DNA of 64,000 nucleotides from Candidatus Enterousia sp. (GCA_045629645.1 JAZQRR010000006.1:3042-67041); one strand, 5' to 3'; shown: positions 1 to 7,912, numbered from the stretch's first letter. The notes: generated by a model not told the origin, from the sequence alone. Program-made: numbers and translations.

Positions 1-1086
1 ATATCCGCCGTGATCTGCGCCCCAGACATTAATCTGCTTGGCAAAGCCGCGTTCAAATTTGTCCAAATGATATGCAATATCAGACGCAAAGTAAGTCGTT
101 ACACCATTTGCACGCGCGATTACACGATCAACGTCATCACCAAATTGCTTTGCCTTGAACAATAATTGTTCTTCTGGTTTCCATTCTTCTTCGGTTTCAC
201 CCAATGGTTTTGGCAAAACACCGCGATACAACAAATCTTGGTTTTGCATAAAATCAATTGTTTTTTGAACTTTGCCTGCGTCAACCAGACTTTTTTCAGA
301 TGTGAACACATCAAATTCAATGCCGATTTTACGCAAACTGCCACGAATAACGTCCATCATTGCTGCGGCACCTGCTTGCTTGAAATAAGGCAAATATTCA
401 GCCACACTTGCGTTCAGCCATTTATCCCCGTCTGCTTCCTTGATTGCAACCGCCACAGGAATCAAATAATCCCCAGGATAACATCCTTCTGGCAAAGATT
501 CATTTTCATGCAATCCAAACAATTCTTGATAACGCCAGTAAATAGATTGTCCCAGAACATCAACCTGATGACCGTAATCGTTAACATAATATTCCTTGGT
601 AACGTCATAACCGTTTTTCTTTAAGATTCTGGAAATAACATCGCCCAAAATCGCACCGCGTGCGTGTCCAATATGAACAGGCCCTGTTGGATTTGCAGAT
701 AAAAATTCAACGTTTATTTTCTGATTATCACCCATATCAGAATTACCATACGCATCAGAATTCTTTAAAATATCCGCAATCAACGTATTCCACAACTTGT
801 CAGATGCATTGATATTGATAAACCCAGGACCCGCAACAGAAACGCTGTCCACCAAGTCTATATCTTGGATATAAGGCATAATAATATCTGCAACCTGACG
901 CGGATTTTTCCCCAGCGCCTTGCACAGAACCATCGCAGCATTGGTCGAAAAATCACCAAATTCGCGCACACGTGGAACCTCTACCACGATATTGTTCAAC
1001 AATTCCGGATTGTCCAACGCCCTGATTTCAGGGATTTCATATAATTTATTTCTTATTGCCTGTGATATAATTTTATAAGTATTCAT
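1..1086 (-). CDS. argS: arginyl-tRNA synthetase, N-terminal 362 codons (3' end lies beyond the left window edge)
   Basis: Absent from the ORF track because no stop lies in the window. Reverse translation from ATG 1086-1084 is open to base 1: MNTYKIISQAIRNKL...VEFLSANPTGPVHIGHARGAILGD...YYVNDYGHQV...INVWGADHGGY (class I HIGH motif, ArgRS-like). Confidence 0.9.
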   Translation of the reverse strand, partial: MNTYKIISQAIRNKLYEIPEIRALDNPELLNNIVVEVPRVREFGDFSTNAAMVLCKALGKNPRQVADIIMPYIQDIDLVDSVSVAGPGFININASDKLWNTLIADILKNSDAYGNSDMGDNQKINVEFLSANPTGPVHIGHARGAILGDVISRILKKNGYDVTKEYYVNDYGHQVDVLGQSIYWRYQELFGLHENESLPEGCYPGDYLIPVAVAIKEADGDKWLNASVAEYLPYFKQAGAAAMMDVIRGSLRKIGIEFDVFTSEKSLVDAGKVQKTIDFMQNQDLLYRGVLPKPLGETEEEWKPEEQLLFKAKQFGDDVDRVIARANGVTTYFASDIAYHLDKFERGFAKQINVWGADHGGY

Positions 1087-1162
1087 GACCCATACCCTTG
1101 TAAACGTTCGACGCAGATGATACACCAGTTTTCAAGTACTTGCAACTAAATAAAACACAGAT

Positions 1163-1948
1163 TTATTCAACTGTATTTGGACAAACAGAATCATCACAAA
1201 CACCGTATCCGACACCGTCCATCAATACCCGCAAAGACCGTGTCGCATCAACAGACATATTTGGCGCAACAACACCATCTGGTGTTGGGATAATATTGGC
1301 AGAATATTTTGTATTTCCATATCGCACATACAGTCTGTGCTTTGTTGGCACAGCAGGACTTTGATGCACATACAAAACATTATCCCCAATATGCAACTTA
1401 CGCCCACATTGCGATTCCAACCACATACCCTGTGGCGCAAACGGATGCGCATCGGGACACGGCGACAGTCCTTGGTCAACCGTTTCGCTGAATGTAAAAG
1501 TCCCCCCAGCGCAATAATTATCGTTTGTACATTTTGTACAACCTTGGGTATCTGTCAGCCAGTCATTACCCGCGGGCAGATAATATCCATACGCACAATC
1601 ATAAATATTTGCCTCATATATGGCAGAAAAACTTTGATTAAATTCATCTGCGCCACAACTGCCCACTGCATTTGTCAGTAAAATATCACCTGCATTTACA
1701 CCTTGGGTTTGTGTTGCACTAAAATTAAATGTACCACCATTACAAACATAACCCTCAGGACAAAACTCACACTCAACCGCACCCGCTGGCAAATAGGTCC
1801 CCGCCCCACAAATATATGTATTTACATCATAAACCGCAGAATACGAATATGCATTACCACAATCACTGGACAGATTTTCTATAATCAAATCATCTGCCAT
1901 AACAGAACCAGAAAACAAAACCACAAAAATAAACAAAATAAATTTCAT
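1163..1948 (-). CDS. secreted cysteine-rich protein with two internal repeats carrying ephrin-receptor-like (GCC2/GCC3-type) Cys motifs
   Basis: 261-aa ORF with signal peptide MKFILFIFVVLFSGSVMA. Duplicated module CGAGTYLPAGAVECEFCPEGYVCNGGTF / CAYGYYLPAG..CTKCTNDNYCAGGTF. Its ATG abuts the upstream stop (TAAATG, 1951-1946). Confidence 0.75.
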   Translation of the reverse strand: MKFILFIFVVLFSGSVMADDLIIENLSSDCGNAYSYSAVYDVNTYICGAGTYLPAGAVECEFCPEGYVCNGGTFNFSATQTQGVNAGDILLTNAVGSCGADEFNQSFSAIYEANIYDCAYGYYLPAGNDWLTDTQGCTKCTNDNYCAGGTFTFSETVDQGLSPCPDAHPFAPQGMWLESQCGRKLHIGDNVLYVHQSPAVPTKHRLYVRYGNTKYSANIIPTPDGVVAPNMSVDATRSLRVLMDGVGYGVCDDSVCPNTVE

Positions 1949-2641
1949 TTATTCCCCGATTTGTTGTTCTGGTTTCCAGCCACTTTCGTTATCGTCTGCC
2001 CAAATTCCATGATAAACAAAACGCCACGAGCCCGATAAATTGTCTAGTTTTGAATAATATATCTTTGATGATTCAATCGTTGATGCATAAGCGGTTAATA
2101 TAGCAGGTGTGCCGACAATTTTTAATTGACCATTATATTGCACGTTCTTATTTGCAAATACTTTTATAGAACCACCACCAGCGGTGCTTTCAACTGTGTA
2201 TGTAACCGTATCAAATGTATATGTAACTGTCTGATTTGGCTTTCCAACATTTACACCATTTATGACAAGAATATGACTATATGGTTCTTTGCTTACAACA
2301 ATACTTTCTGTCATACCAGGGGTATATTGGCTTGCATCTACAACCACCATATAATCATTTTCCATTGGTGTTCTGTTGCCATAAACATCTTCTGGATAGG
2401 AGATATTATTGTTTGGGAGTTCTTCCCAATTTGCCCATGTCCCACGATTAAAGGAATCTTTTTTCCAGCCCCTGAAAGTATAACCACGTTTTGTTGGTGG
2501 TGTCGGCAATATTACATCGCCACCAACCTCACAAGTTGTTGTTGTGTATATCTGATTATCCGTCCCCCAATTTATTGTTACCTGTCCTGCAAATGCAACA
2601 CCGCAACATAAAAGACACAAAACACAGATAATCCGCTTCAT
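1949..2641 (-). CDS. secreted protein with an N-terminal Listeria-Bacteroides (Flg_new-type) repeat
   Basis: ORF 1949-2650. I prefer ATG at 2641 (MKRIICVLCLLCCGVAFA signal peptide; the track start at 2650 is GTG). Motif VILPTPPTKRGYTFRGWKK is typical of the repeat. AAGAG/GGGG lies upstream. Confidence 0.7.
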   Translation of the reverse strand: MKRIICVLCLLCCGVAFAGQVTINWGTDNQIYTTTTCEVGGDVILPTPPTKRGYTFRGWKKDSFNRGTWANWEELPNNNISYPEDVYGNRTPMENDYMVVVDASQYTPGMTESIVVSKEPYSHILVINGVNVGKPNQTVTYTFDTVTYTVESTAGGGSIKVFANKNVQYNGQLKIVGTPAILTAYASTIESSKIYYSKLDNLSGSWRFVYHGIWADDNESGWKPEQQIGE

Positions 2642-2650
2642 TTGCCCCAC

Positions 2651-2883
2651 TCTTTTAACTTAAATAAAAACCGCCAGAGAAAAGGCGGTCGGGGAGTTGG
2701 TAATCACTTCATTATTGATTCTGTTGGGCTTTCGATTACTCGTGTTTTATAACCAACAGCTCCCCGACCCACACGGAATCAGGGATGATAACGGTGCAAA
2801 ATAACACCGAAACATCAGATAACGATGCATTTGCACCGAATGAAGCGGACTACCACAGTCCCGAAGCCAATCTCTTGGATTCA
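2651..2883 (-). promoter_or_regulatory. structured ~230-nt 5' leader with alternative helices and an intrinsic terminator (attenuator/riboswitch-like, class unknown)
   Basis: Terminator ACCGCC-UUUUCUCU-GGCGGU+U5 (2665-2690). It shares ACC with the long-range helix 2769-2752 : 2701-2687 (10+5 bp, 50-nt loop). The helix 5' arm can alternatively pair with 2785-2780. Additional hairpins lie upstream. Confidence 0.5.
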
Positions 2884-2889
2884 AGGTCG

Positions 2890-2918
2890 ATTATATAACA
2901 TTTTTCAAAAAAAGTAAA
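2890..2918 (-). promoter_or_regulatory. sigma70-like promoter for the leader and secreted-protein operon
   Basis: Minus strand TTTACT (2918-2913), 17 nt, TATAAT (2895-2890). Confidence 0.4.
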
Positions 2919-2958
2919 CACAAAGAAAAAATTCACACCAAACCAAAAAAAACTTTAC

Positions 2959-2996
2959 CGTTCGAATCCGCACGTCCCAACAGAACATATAAAAAA
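2959..2996 (+). repeat. tRNA 3'-end-like direct repeat, copy A (att-like)
   Basis: CGTTCGAATCCGCACGTCCCAACAGAACATATAAAAAA has a T-loop (TTCGAAT) plus an acceptor-like CGTCCCA. It has no 5' tRNA half and matches copy B at 3959 with about 3 differences. Confidence 0.6.
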
Positions 2997-3021
2997 ACTC
3001 ACATTTAATGCGAGTTTTTTT
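2991..3021. terminator. bidirectional hairpin terminator
   Basis: AAAAAAACTCACATTTAATGCGAGTTTTTTT. It sits downstream of the transglutaminase-like gene (minus strand) and directly after repeat A (plus strand). Confidence 0.5.
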
Positions 3022-3085
3022 ATTTTTCTCTGATCGTACAGGGATGACAAATCCCTAGGTGAAATTATACAGATTGAAAAAGAAT

Positions 3086-3901
3086 TTAGATTTCATAACC
3101 ACTGTTTTTTTGTGTTTGATTATAATACAATCTTTTGACGGCCCGTTCCGTTCTGACACGGTCGATTCCGTGTTCAAATCCATAAAGCCAACGTCGTCCA
3201 ACGCCATAAATATCCTTGGCTTCTAAATATGCAAAACCACCACCTTGTTTTGACGACTTATGTATTATCTCTTCGAAATCTTGAAGCGCCGTCTTTGATA
3301 TTCCAGAATAATCCATTATTGCTGGCAATACAATATTATTAGTAGTTATCATCGGATTCACCGGATCATAAAAATATTTTTTTCCATTTATCACAATCAT
3401 TAACCACGCATGTCCGGCACCACCAAGCTGTATATTTTGCTTTGAATTAGTGATAGCATTACCATTATATAAAAAACTTTTAATACCCTTGTGTTGCAAA
3501 TACATTTGTGCCAATGCAGACATTTCTGTACACATAACGATTTTTCGATTAAACGCCTCAGACAACGGCAGTGGATTTGTTGGACTGTTTTTCAACATTT
3601 GCATAGTTGCACCACGCATTGCTTCATAATGCCGATGATCAGGATAAGTCATTTTAACCCAAGCCTGAAAATTCCATAAAACTATGAAATCATCCACCGG
3701 TATCGCTATCTTTTTATCATCAAGAAATTTTTGAACTTGTTGTTTATCTATTTTGCTTTCACGTGCATCTATTTGGTCAAAATGAAAATTTTCAGGGTCC
3801 ATCAAATAATATTGATTTCTAAAAGGCACAATATCACCACTGGCAATATCGTTTAATCTGAATTTATCGTCTACGACATCAAATAAATGTTCTATATTCA
3901 T
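3086..3901 (-). CDS. transglutaminase-like cysteine peptidase superfamily protein
   Basis: Track ORF 3086-4075, trimmed to ATG 3901 (MNIEHLFDVV). The 5' extension reads through tRNA-Pro. Cys-His-Asp core pattern: VMCTEMSALAQMYLQHKGI ... GAGHAWLMIVINGKKYFYDPVN. Confidence 0.7.
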   Translation of the reverse strand: MNIEHLFDVVDDKFRLNDIASGDIVPFRNQYYLMDPENFHFDQIDARESKIDKQQVQKFLDDKKIAIPVDDFIVLWNFQAWVKMTYPDHRHYEAMRGATMQMLKNSPTNPLPLSEAFNRKIVMCTEMSALAQMYLQHKGIKSFLYNGNAITNSKQNIQLGGAGHAWLMIVINGKKYFYDPVNPMITTNNIVLPAIMDYSGISKTALQDFEEIIHKSSKQGGGFAYLEAKDIYGVGRRWLYGFEHGIDRVRTERAVKRLYYNQTQKNSGYEI

Positions 3902-3958
3902 GCCCACAATTATATCATAAAAAGTTCGAAAAATCACTAAAAATGTCCATATATAAAA

Positions 3959-3995
3959 CGTTCGAATCCGCACGCCCCAAACAGAAAATAAAAAC
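3959..3995 (+). repeat. tRNA 3'-end-like direct repeat, copy B (att-like)
   Basis: CGTTCGAATCCGCACGCCCCAAACAGAAAATAAAAAC, exactly 1000 bp from copy A. It also forms an imperfect inverted repeat with the 3' end of the adjacent minus-strand tRNA-Pro. Confidence 0.6.
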
Positions 3996-4015
3996 CACCA
4001 CAAAAGTGGTGGTTT
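3992..4015. terminator. hairpin terminator downstream of tRNA-Pro(UGG)
   Basis: AAACCACCAC-AAAA-GTGGTGGTTT, a perfect 10-bp stem. On the minus strand it is followed by a T-run directly after the tRNA. Confidence 0.55.
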
Positions 4016-4022
4016 GAATTTC

Positions 4023-4099
4023 TGGTCGGGGCGAAAGGATTCGAACCTTCGACATCTTGGTCCCAAACCAAGCACTCTACCAGACTGAGCTACACCCCG
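4023..4099 (-). tRNA. tRNA-Pro (anticodon UGG), CCA encoded
   Basis: Reverse complement CGGGGTGTAGCTCAGTCTGGTAGAGTGCTTGGTTTGGGACCAAGATGTCGAAGGTTCGAATCCTTTCGCCCCGACCA. Full cloverleaf, anticodon loop TTTGGGA. Confidence 0.92.
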
Positions 4100-4159
4100 A
4101 AACGAAGGTCATTATAACAGCAATTTTTTAAAATGCAAATATTTATTTAAAAAATATGC

Positions 4160-4188
4160 TTGTCTGATTTCGTGTTTTTTTCTATTAT
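4160..4188 (+). promoter_or_regulatory. sigma70-like promoter placed for a leaderless or near-leaderless transcript
   Basis: TTGTCT (4160-4165), 17 nt, TATTAT (4183-4188). Only 6 nt (AGAAAT) separate the -10 from ATG 4195, and there is no SD. Confidence 0.45.
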
Positions 4189-4194
4189 AGAAAT

Positions 4195-5154
4195 ATGAAA
4201 GGATTTTCTGCTTGTTTTATCTGCTATCTAACGCTGTTATGCGGCGCGTTTGCCACAACTCGCGATGCCAAACTGACAAATACAACCGGATATAACTATA
4301 ATTATATGTACCCTTATTTAAGCAATAAAATGCGAACAAATTTGAATCCTGGGGTTACAACGGATCAATCAACCAGCCCGATTAACACAATCGTCAGAAC
4401 ATCAAAAATGGGACCAGAACGTCGCGTTGTACCACGCCCAAGCACTGCACGCAGCGCAACCAGTATTCCCGCCCGACAAATCAGTGGCACACAGACTGCC
4501 ACACAACAGAATACCACACCCAGACGTGTTGTTGCGCGTTCTGGACTGCGCAATACCACAACGATGCGCGCACCTGCTACGACGGCACGAACATCAGCAC
4601 GCACAAACAACGTCCGTGCAACGACATCCAATAATAATAAATACACCGTACAAACAACAGAATATGCATCTTCTGCGCGTTGTATGGCAGATTACACAGA
4701 ATGTATGAACAGGTACTGCGAACGCCCTGAAACAGCATATAATCGCTGTTATTGCAGTGCAAAACTGTCTCAGATTGATGCAAAATACCAAGAAAATATT
4801 AATTCATTAGTAATGCAACTGTTGTCATTACAGCAAACCAACAATTGGACCGACGCAGAAATGAACGAATATTGGTTATCTACTGTTGGGAAATATACAA
4901 ACTCTAACTCATGGGAAAACATCGATAATGCGCTGGATATAAACTGGGCAGACATGGAGAGTCGTGTCCGTGGTCAAAAAGCATTTACAACGGGACATGA
5001 ATATTGTGTTCAACACTTGCAAGGTTGCGCATATATGCTGACGAATCTGCGCGACGCATATCGATCTGAAATTTCACGCGACTGCGCTGTGTACGAACAA
5101 TCTTTACAAAAAATACAAGATATCGCAGAAAGTGTTTTATCTGAATACGAATAA
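4195..5154 (+). CDS. secreted protein: signal peptide, ~140-aa Thr/Ser/Arg-rich low-complexity spacer, C-terminal Cys-motif domain
   Basis: 319-aa ORF, signal MKGFSACFICYLTLLCGAFA. RRVVARS/ARTSARTNNVRATTS-type spacer, then CMADYTECMNRYCERPETAYNRCYCS (nt 4681-4758). Paralogous architecture to 18735-21539. Confidence 0.8.
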   Translation: MKGFSACFICYLTLLCGAFATTRDAKLTNTTGYNYNYMYPYLSNKMRTNLNPGVTTDQSTSPINTIVRTSKMGPERRVVPRPSTARSATSIPARQISGTQTATQQNTTPRRVVARSGLRNTTTMRAPATTARTSARTNNVRATTSNNNKYTVQTTEYASSARCMADYTECMNRYCERPETAYNRCYCSAKLSQIDAKYQENINSLVMQLLSLQQTNNWTDAEMNEYWLSTVGKYTNSNSWENIDNALDINWADMESRVRGQKAFTTGHEYCVQHLQGCAYMLTNLRDAYRSEISRDCAVYEQSLQKIQDIAESVLSEYE

Positions 5155-5160
5155 ATAAAA

Positions 5161-6156
5161 TTAGCGAACGTATTGTTGCGACATATCCAATGCACATTGT
5201 ACCAACGGCGATTCTTCACAGAACAAATCAATAAACAACAAGTCAACAGCCCTATCTAAATTCTGTCTAAGGCATATATTTTTTGTATTTGCCAAACAAA
5301 CCATACGCATTAAATTTTCATCACCATGTTCCGCCGCATACAACATAGTTCTGTAAATTTTACGCACAGGGTATTTTTCCAATCCATAATCTGTTGGTCG
5401 TGTACCACCCCAATCAATCAAGCGCCCCTTGCGATAATTACTTAATCTGCGTTCTGTTTCTTCTGTTTCAAATATTTTATATTTATTTTGCTTTACGGCG
5501 ACACTACCACAAAAATCGCCGCCCCACTGTGATAACATATATTTGACATTTCCTAAACTAGCCATATACACAGGACAATTATTACGAGATTCTGCCTTAT
5601 TTGCGGCAAACGCCGTCGCGATTTCATTCCATGGTCCATGTCCTGCAAAAATATTTGCCCAATCAAAGAAAAGCTTTAACGCATAACTGACATTAATTTG
5701 TGGCAAAGATACTTTTACAACAACACCTATGCTACCCTGCCACTGACTGTATCCGCGTTCATTTCGTTTTTTGGATTCAAAAACACATTCAGACCCATAC
5801 ATATCTATAGTTTCATAAAACACATAATATCCATCTAATTTACCGTCTAAAATCGCCTTGCCATAATATCTGATAAATGTGACCAACATTGTATGAAATT
5901 TTATAGTTGCCTGTGCAATATCTGTATCTGCCGGCAAATTTTCACGCAATTCTTTTGGTAAACTACCCAGACATTTGGAAACTTGGCATTCTGACAAAAT
6001 AGACTGTAACGAAGTTGCCTTGGAGGCCCACTTACGTTTTATAAACTTGGTCAACGCAGAATGTTTTACACATTCTTGCTTGACTACACGATCTGAAAAT
6101 AAACGCACCAATAATCCCATCGCACTCATCGTTATACAAAACACAGTTATTGTCAA
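5161..6156 (-). CDS. hypothetical protein (331 aa), weakly hydrophobic N-terminus
   Basis: Long ORF in an AT-rich context. The track start is TTG at 6156, 3 nt after the upstream stop. ATG at 6129 is an alternative. I recognise no family. Confidence 0.65.
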   Translation of the reverse strand: MTITVFCITMSAMGLLVRLFSDRVVKQECVKHSALTKFIKRKWASKATSLQSILSECQVSKCLGSLPKELRENLPADTDIAQATIKFHTMLVTFIRYYGKAILDGKLDGYYVFYETIDMYGSECVFESKKRNERGYSQWQGSIGVVVKVSLPQINVSYALKLFFDWANIFAGHGPWNEIATAFAANKAESRNNCPVYMASLGNVKYMLSQWGGDFCGSVAVKQNKYKIFETEETERRLSNYRKGRLIDWGGTRPTDYGLEKYPVRKIYRTMLYAAEHGDENLMRMVCLANTKNICLRQNLDRAVDLLFIDLFCEESPLVQCALDMSQQYVR

Positions 6157-6159
6157 GTA

Positions 6160-6357
6160 TTATTTATTATATTCTTCACACATTTTATTATGCTTATAAA
6201 TATTTCGCGCCAAATCATCACTTATACAATTCCAATCATTTGCCCGACCATAAATCGGACGACATAACAAATTTGCCTTAACATCAGTCTGCAATTGTGT
6301 ATTTCTTGCGCAAGATGCTACGAATATCATCAGTGGCACGATTAACAGAATCTTCAT
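6160..6357 (-). CDS. small lipoprotein, o-spanin-like
   Basis: 65 aa. Lipobox MKILLIVPLMIFVASC. Strong SD AGGAG 7 nt upstream. The start lies inside the preceding gene in another frame. C-terminal CRPIYGRANDW..DDLARNIYKHNKMCEEY resembles the P2 LysC-type pattern. Confidence 0.7.
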   Translation of the reverse strand: MKILLIVPLMIFVASCARNTQLQTDVKANLLCRPIYGRANDWNCISDDLARNIYKHNKMCEEYNK

Positions 6358-6511
6358 TTATTTTCTCCTGAATTTTAATAATTTGCGTTTGTTTTTCTAT
6401 GTTAGTCTGATTCAAGATACGTTTTGCACGTTCATATCCTGCATGCATTCCTGCCAGATAAACCATTACGACCAACACAACAGCAAAGCCTATTAAATAA
6501 AGTCTAAACAT
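6284..6511 (-). CDS. small type II membrane protein with a predicted coiled coil, i-spanin-like
   Basis: 75 aa. N-terminal TM LYLIGFAVVLVVMVYLAG, then a charged helical segment. SD AGGAG 8 nt upstream. It overlaps the lipoprotein gene by 74 nt. Confidence 0.7.
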   Translation of the reverse strand: MFRLYLIGFAVVLVVMVYLAGMHAGYERAKRILNQTNIEKQTQIIKIQEKINEDSVNRATDDIRSILRKKYTIAD

Positions 6512-6528
6512 TAAAAAACTCCTGCTAT

Positions 6529-6556
6529 AAAAAACGCCCCGTTTGGGGCGCTATTT
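6529..6556 (-). terminator. rho-independent terminator after rho
   Basis: Minus strand GCGCCCC-AAAC-GGGGCG followed by TTTTT, immediately after the rho stop. Confidence 0.7.
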
Positions 6557-7825
6557 TTATTGATTCATCGACGAGAAGAAATCATCATTTGTTTTTGTCA
6601 TACGCAATTTATCCAACAAGAATTCCATTGCTTCCAGTGTTCCCATTGGATTTATAATTCGGCGTAACACATACATTTTTGACAGTATTTCCTTACCGAC
6701 CAACAAATCTTCCTTGCGCGTACCAGACTTTGTAATATCAATCGCAGGATATACACGCTTGTCAGACAATTTGCGATCCAAGATGATTTCGCTATTTCCT
6801 GTACCCTTGAATTCTTCAAAGATAACTTCATCCATCTTTGAACCAGTATCAACCAACGCAGTCGCAATAATAGTCAAAGAACCACCACCTTCGATATTAC
6901 GCGCCGCACCGAAAAAGCGCTTTGGACGTTGCAACGCATAGGCATCAACACCACCTGTTAAAACCTTGCCACTGGATGGAACACATGTATTATAGGCACG
7001 TCCTAAGCGGGTAATAGAATCCAACAATATAACAACATCCTGCCCTGCTTCGACCAAGCGTTTTGCTTTTTCAATAACCATCTCTGCCACCTGAATATGA
7101 CGTGCAGCTGGTTCATCAAACGTAGAAGAAATAACTTCTCCTTTGACACTACGTTGCATATCTGTAACTTCTTCGGGACGTTCATCAATCAGCAAAACAA
7201 TCAGTTTAACATCTGGATAATTCGTCGCAATACTGTGCGCGATATTCTGCAACATAACCGTTTTACCGGTACGTGGCGGTGCAACAATCAAAGAACGTTG
7301 TCCTTTGCCAGTCGGAGAAATCAAATCAATCACACGTGCAGACAGATTACGTCCTTTGTCCTTGTCGTCTGCAACTTCCATCTTTAATTGTTCATCTGGA
7401 TACAGCGGTGTCATATCATCAAAAGATACGCGATGTTTTAATTTTTCTGGTTTATCGCCATTTACGCGTTCAATTGTTTCCAGTGCAAAATATCTTTCCG
7501 TTTCTGCCGCGGGCGCTTGAATTTGTCCTTCGACATAATCACCAGTTTTTAAACCATATTTTTTTATCAGATTTGGAGAAACATATAAATCATCTGGTCC
7601 TGCCAAATAATTTGATTCCGGCGCACGCAAGAAACCAAAACCGTCCTGCATACGTTCCAAAACACCATCGCCAATCAATGTAACCTTGTTATCTGCGGCA
7701 AAAACACGCATCACAGCAAAGCGTAATTGTTGTACATTTAATTGTGATGGATTTTCAATACCCATATCTTCTGCCATTTTCAGCAATTGCTGTGGCGATT
7801 TAGCCTTTAATTCATTAATATGCAT
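6557..7825 (-). CDS. rho: transcription termination factor Rho
   Basis: 422 aa. [24 protein letters not shown]-terminal domain, GFGFLR RNA-binding motif, Walker A PPRTGKT. Confidence 0.97.
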   Translation of the reverse strand: MHINELKAKSPQQLLKMAEDMGIENPSQLNVQQLRFAVMRVFAADNKVTLIGDGVLERMQDGFGFLRAPESNYLAGPDDLYVSPNLIKKYGLKTGDYVEGQIQAPAAETERYFALETIERVNGDKPEKLKHRVSFDDMTPLYPDEQLKMEVADDKDKGRNLSARVIDLISPTGKGQRSLIVAPPRTGKTVMLQNIAHSIATNYPDVKLIVLLIDERPEEVTDMQRSVKGEVISSTFDEPAARHIQVAEMVIEKAKRLVEAGQDVVILLDSITRLGRAYNTCVPSSGKVLTGGVDAYALQRPKRFFGAARNIEGGGSLTIIATALVDTGSKMDEVIFEEFKGTGNSEIILDRKLSDKRVYPAIDITKSGTRKEDLLVGKEILSKMYVLRRIINPMGTLEAMEFLLDKLRMTKTNDDFFSSMNQ

Positions 7826-7883
7826 AAATTTTCCTTTGGTGGAGATTTTTCCCAGCGTGGGATCACGCTATTTAGATAAATTA

Positions 7884-7912
7884 ATTATAGAACAAATTGA
7901 CAAAAAAGTCAA
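7884..7912 (-). promoter_or_regulatory. sigma70-like promoter of rho
   Basis: Minus strand TTGACT (7912-7907), 17 nt, TATAAT (7889-7884). The leader contains hairpin AGCGTG-ATCC-CACGCT. Confidence 0.45.

Noticed and set aside
2747-2830. 27-codon uORF (MHRYLMFRCYFAPLSSLIPCGSGSCWL) running through helices 1 and 2 of the first leader. It suggested a Cys-sensing leader peptide.
   Set aside because: Its SD is weak (GGTG only). No equivalent ORF crosses the corresponding helices in the other two copies, so translation-coupled attenuation is not supported as the common mechanism.
3902-4075. N-terminal 58 codons of track ORF 3086-4075
   Set aside because: This part reads straight through the minus-strand tRNA-Pro(UGG) gene and its terminator. 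The transglutaminase-like protein starts plausibly at ATG 3901.
5161-6156. Atypical protein-kinase-like or APH-like fold for the 331-aa protein (VVVKV ... LSNYRKGRLIDWGG)
   Set aside because: The catalytic HxD/N loop is not identifiable. The resemblance rests on two short strings.
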